Positions 62,629 to 64,000 of a DNA stretch of 64,000 nt are shown one piece after another (the stretch's first letter is position 1; every line of letters starts with the position of its first letter). The notes under the pieces were generated by a model. It was given only the letters and a program-made list of their open reading frames with translations. It did not search any database and had not been told where the DNA came from. The stretch comes from a virus: positions 10,377 to 74,376 of the IMG/VR virus record IMGVR_UViG_3300029908_000017; one strand, 5' to 3'. A program made the position numbers and the translations under genes.

Positions 62629-64000
62629 TAGACGAGATTGATAACTATATTGTTGCTGGGTGTTACATTACCCGTACTAGCTGTAAAGTAATCAATAAAA
62701 TATTGTACATTGGTAGGGCTAATCAAATTCGTCAAATCTGTAGGTATAACCAATTCATCATTACTAGTGATTACTTCGTTGATACCTGTGGGGGTGTAAA
62801 TTGTACCTGTTAATAAAATAGGAAGTTCTACTCTCTGTATATTATAACCCATCGATAAACTGATAATTTGAGAAGCTGCAACATTACCACCAATTGGAAT
62901 AGTGTTAATATAATTAAATATTGCCTGTTGTAAATTCGCTAAATTCAAAGACGTAAATGTATCCGTTGAATTAATTTTAGCCAATGTCATTTGCAAAGTA
63001 CAAAAACATGGTACGCACGCCTTTACCAAATTATCGCTATTTGGAGGACGAGTAGCATCAGCCAAGAAAACCTGCTGTATTGGCAATATATTTGGTTGAT
63101 AATAAAAGGTTATATCAAAATTCAAGGTACTACCATTTGCCAGATTAGGACTTTCCGTATATTGTAGGTTAACAACAGCATTCTGATAACTGGAAAATCT
63201 TGCGTCAGTAATTGAGCCAATAAAATTATTCCTCGTTGTATTAATCGGAGAATAACCATAGATTACCGAGTTGATAACCAATGTACCTGCAGAATTTACT
63301 AAGTTATTAACAGGTGTTGGTAATATACCTTTAATAAAATAAAATCCAGGACATGCTGTATTGGGAATTGTAATTTGCCAAATTCCTGTAGATAGCTTTA
63401 TTCCCTGTAATGTAACAGTAATCGTTGAGGGTCCAACCGATGTTCGTGTGTATATGTCTGCTTGTCCATTTGTAGCAATACCAAATAAATTCTCCTTACA
63501 TCTTATCATTAATGGATCACCTGCACCAACAACTGTACAATTTTGGAAGCCTGGAAAATTATTAGTCAAATAAGTATTAATACCTGCTGGAGAAGTAAGA
63601 TTGCCCTGAGCAGCAGAAGCTTGAAATTTCGAAATCAATGCTTGGTCAGTCTCTTCAGGTAAGCCAGATGAAAAGTTGCCATAGGCCGCGATTGAAACAA
63701 TACTTGTATTACTATAATTCGAACCTAATGTAAATTGCGTTTGATCAGATACTTGATACTGTGAACCAACCGCCGATGCCTGTACAGGCACAATAAGGTA
63801 ATACAATCCGTTCTGTGAATAAATTGGCGAATAACCGTTAGTCGTACTTGCATTGATTGAATATGTATAAGATTGTAGCGTCACGTAATTCAAATTCAAA
63901 CTCGACTGTATAAAAATCGCACCTTGTGGAATGATAATATTCTGATTTGTAGAAAGAATGACCTTCAGATTACCTGTGGAAAAACTTCCTGCAAAACGAG
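62628..64000 (-). CDS. Baseplate J/gp6-like protein, 5' truncated
   Basis: The frame stays open to the window edge (RFAGSFSTG..IIIPQG); VQASAVGSQYQV, SGLPEETDQAL and VGAGDPLMIR. Confidence 0.8.
   Translation of the reverse strand, partial: RFAGSFSTGNLKVILSTNQNIIIPQGAIFIQSSLNLNYVTLQSYTYSINASTTNGYSPIYSQNGLYYLIVPVQASAVGSQYQVSDQTQFTLGSNYSNTSIVSIAAYGNFSSGLPEETDQALISKFQASAAQGNLTSPAGINTYLTNNFPGFQNCTVVGAGDPLMIRCKENLFGIATNGQADIYTRTSVGPSTITVTLQGIKLSTGIWQITIPNTACPGFYFIKGILPTPVNNLVNSAGTLVINSVIYGYSPINTTRNNFIGSITDARFSSYQNAVVNLQYTESPNLANGSTLNFDITFYYQPNILPIQQVFLADATRPPNSDNLVKACVPCFCTLQMTLAKINSTDTFTSLNLANLQQAIFNYINTIPIGGNVAASQIISLSMGYNIQRVELPILLTGTIYTPTGINEVITSNDELVIPTDLTNLISPTNVQYFIDYFTASTGNVTPSNNIVINLV

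Noticed and set aside
360-63573. Short antisense or nested ORFs in the track (e.g. 360-596, 2694-3023, 6178-6420, 14085-14435, 20353-20664, 49972-50292, 57023-57334)
   Set aside because: They are shadows of longer, motif-bearing genes on the other strand or frame.
1-64000. Stop-codon reassignment, inteins or introns in core genes
   Set aside because: Core genes are full length in the standard code, all three stop codons are used, and no intein or homing endonuclease motifs were seen.

Overview
This AT-rich, densely coding window comes from a large (probably jumbo) tailed dsDNA phage. It uses the standard genetic code and nearly all genes are on the minus strand. Left to right it holds: (1) the end of a lysis module with a lipoprotein-anchored pesticin-like muramidase; (2) a recombination/replication block (RuvC-like resolvase, RecA/UvsX, putative SSB, UDG-fused PolA, DnaB helicase, primase, SF2 helicase, SbcC/SbcD) interleaved with many small ORFs; (3) a Ycf46-type AAA ATPase module (DUF3150/DUF1257/DUF2997-like); (4) a 27-nt coding tandem repeat; (5) a solitary plus-strand terminase large subunit; (6) a baseplate/tail block running off the right end. 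The most interesting signals are four. First, a phage-encoded ubiquitin-like conjugation cassette (Ubl ending in GG, a 729-aa unknown, a JAB peptidase and an E1/ThiF), plus a separate multiubiquitin-like domain protein. Second, a ~305-nt independently transcribed, highly structured non-coding RNA with a predicted kissing loop. Third, a five-copy promoter motif ACCCCC-N23-GGTATA(G/A)TA that drives inserted cassettes. Fourth, a C-terminal peptide motif R-x-[LM]-E-I shared by five otherwise unrelated proteins, including the AAA ATPase. All family assignments come from motif recognition by eye; no searches were run.
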